A stretch of DNA of 64,000 nt from Macrostomum lignano. Lineage: Eukaryota. The stretch's first letter is position 1. Each line of letters opens with the position of its first letter. Where the stretch lies: the NCBI GenBank assembly GCA_002269645.1, contig NIVC01000352.1:248001-312000 (forward strand), given 5' to 3'. Below are positions 60,851-64,000 of the stretch, one piece after another. The notes beneath the pieces were generated by a model. That model was not told the DNA's origin. It saw nothing but the letters and a program-made list of their open reading frames with translations, and searched no databases. The position numbers and the translations under genes were made by a program.

Positions 60851-61329
60851 AAAATCAAGTTAGCTAAAACCCATGGAACTTAATGCTACCTAACACCCAA
60901 GCCCTATGTGCCCCATATGCAACTCTACATATTGATTAAATTTAATGGATATTTTTCAATCTGTGTTAATGCCCAAATGCAGTAAGTAAGCAAGGACATT
61001 CTCCACTAGTATTAAAACGATTCCTCAGTAAAAAGCTAAACAATGAAAATGCTCCATTGGATGTGTTTTACAAACTGTTTTTAACTCTCTCTGTGATTTT
61101 AATATTGCGGTCAAAAAATCTTTTTTATTTGCATGCCTAACTATCTCTATCTGGATGCCAAATACATGTACTGCTTGAAGTGATTGCTGCAGGCACAACT
61201 CACTAGCACTATTGAATACGAAGTACTTCCATTTGATCGGATTAATAGTTGTATGCATGTACTGCCTGCTTTGTTACTGCTCCCGAGACGAATGGGAAAA
61301 GTGAAGGAAGCTCCTATTTGGTTGTCAGG

Positions 61330-62135
<806 letters not shown>

Positions 62136-62973
62136 TCACAGTGTCAGTCTATGGACTTATCTTTTCATCTTCCCTGTATTTGAGTGTCTCCCCAGCTGTC
62201 TTCAATCCTACACCATATGATTCATCAAGATTTTCGGCACTTCATCATAAAAATATTTTATTTCCTAATTTTTTACGCGGCTTTGCTTTTCTGTTTCCTG
62301 CGCTTCAAAAAATGGTGCTTTTTGCTGGATTTTGCCGCCTCCTTGCACACACGAAACCCAGCCAGTCGGATCCGGGTTGTTTTCAGCCATGTTCGACTGT
62401 CCTGCTATGATTTACTGCGACAATAATATTTATTGTAATTTTTATTGCACTATGGCGGCTGCCTGGCATTTTTATATTGCATACAAAAACTAATGGCTGA
62501 CAATAAAGATTGTAATTTTTCCCGCTATGAAGACTCGGTTTTCTGATGTTTACCTGACAGTAATTCCTTGGATTGCCCATTCGCCTTTGCCAGCTGTCCG
62601 CAATATATAATTCGGTCTGGTTGCTGACAGCTCACACTTTTGTTTTAATTTGAGGAAAAGTTAGCTATTAACTATTTTAATGAATTGGTTTTTAATTCAA
62701 AAGTGATTACTGTTCTGAACGTAATAAAATAAAGGTGCACGAATTCTGGGTAATATTATATTACTTGTGTTTTTACGGATATTTTTACTATCATAAAATA
62801 TTAGAAAAATGTTGACGCTTAAAAGTCCCAGTGTCAAGAATATTAGTGAAATCTAAATATCGTTTTCATCCATTTTCCTGCATTGCAGTTTATGGCCACG
62901 CTGACTATGATATTATAGAAAATATTTGACTTCCTTATTTCAACCGATCGCCAGCTTGAAAGCTCGGATAGCG

Positions 62974-63843
62974 ATGTCTGGCCTTAGTCGGTTTCGCATG
63001 TGTAAGATAATGCTGCTTTTGACCTTTATCACTTGTGCGTGTCATCTGACGCATGCTTCATACACCCACCTCACTCCTTTTCCTTTGCTGTCCAATCAGC
63101 CCGCATCGCCCACCTCACTCCTTTCCCTTTGCTGTCCAATCAGCCCGCGTCGCCCACCTCACTCCTTTCTCTTTGCTGTCCAAGCCCGCGTCACCCACCT
63201 CACTCCTTACCCTTTGCTGTCCAATCAGCCCGCGTCGCCCACCTCACTCCTTTCTCTTTGCTGTCCAAGCCCGCGTCACCCACCTCACTCCTTACCCTTT
63301 GCTGTCCAATCAGCCCGCGTCACCCACCTCACTCCTTACCCTTTGCTGTCCAATCAGCCCGCGTCACCCACCTCACTCCTTACCCCTTGCTGTCCAATCA
63401 GCTCGCGTTTCCCACTCACCCACTCTTTACACTCCCATCCAATCGGGTGATACGTTTTAATTCCTCCACCGACCTTACTCCTTACTATTTAAATTGATTT
63501 CGTTACTTACCTGTCTAAACCCACTAACTAGTCAGTCGCGCCTCTTGCCCTATTCGCAGCCAACTCAGAGCAGAACATCGAGCGCATCCGTCGAGTTGAG
63601 CAGAGCTTTGGCAGCAGCGGCGTCACCCTGTTACAGACTGGCCGGGTGCTTGTAGCCGAAGGCACCCTGCTAAAGGTGTGCCGCAGGCGGACTCAGAAGC
63701 GACGCGTGTTCCTATTTAACGACCTGCTGGTCTACGGCAGCCCGCTGGCCGGAGACTGTCAGCGGCTGGTGCAGCAGCGGGTGCTGCAGCTGGCCGGGGT
63801 GCAGACGAGGCAGCTGGCTGACGAGGGAGGCGCCTCGTTTCAG
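62974..63843 (+). CDS. PLEKHF/phafin family paralogue B, partial (PH exon 63560-63843; candidate first exon 62974-63001; continues beyond the window)
   Basis: Not in the ORF track. NSEQNIERIRRVEQSFGSSG..TGRVLVAEGTLLKVCRRRTQKRRVFLFNDLLVYG; acceptor TTCGCAG at 63559 has the same phase-1 position as paralogue A; donor at 63844. The first exon MSGLSRFRM|GTAAGA is inferred. Confidence 0.85.
63062..63425. repeat. 44/40-bp minisatellite containing CCAATCAG, in the PLEKHF-B intron
   Basis: TCCAATCAGCCCGCGTCACCCACCTCACTCCTTACCCTTTGCTG, about 8 units. Confidence 0.9.
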
Positions 63844-63852
63844 GTTTGCTAT

Positions 63853-64000
<148 letters not shown>

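Overview
Eukaryotic (animal) genomic DNA, not prokaryotic. It has GC-rich exons, short spliceosomal introns, AT-rich intergenic DNA and about 18 tandem-repeat arrays. The style is consistent with a free-living flatworm such as Macrostomum, but that is inference and not verified. Host genes: the last exon of EMG1/NEP1; an unknown 116-aa single-pass membrane protein; an intronless NPFF/SIFamide-receptor-like class A GPCR; a stomatin; an intronless IER-family gene with an immediate-early-type promoter; three tandem paralogues of a small two-exon protein with an atypical EGF domain plus a TM helix; CDC37; and two tandem PLEKHF/phafin (PH-FYVE) paralogues. Mobile DNA: a 6.3-kb Sola2-like DNA transposon with 14-bp TIRs, a 4-bp TSD and an intact 771-aa transposase ending in a PHD finger; two decayed Ty3/Gypsy remnants; a decayed non-LTR RNase H fragment; two tRNA-derived SINE families; a Foldback-like element with a 9-bp TSD; and several MITEs. 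Three host genes each need a single-base frameshift correction, which points to assembly indels or a decaying copy. No CRISPR array, rRNA or bona fide tRNA was seen. Most short ORFs in the track are repeat or antisense artefacts. All family assignments come from motif recognition by eye; no database search was run.
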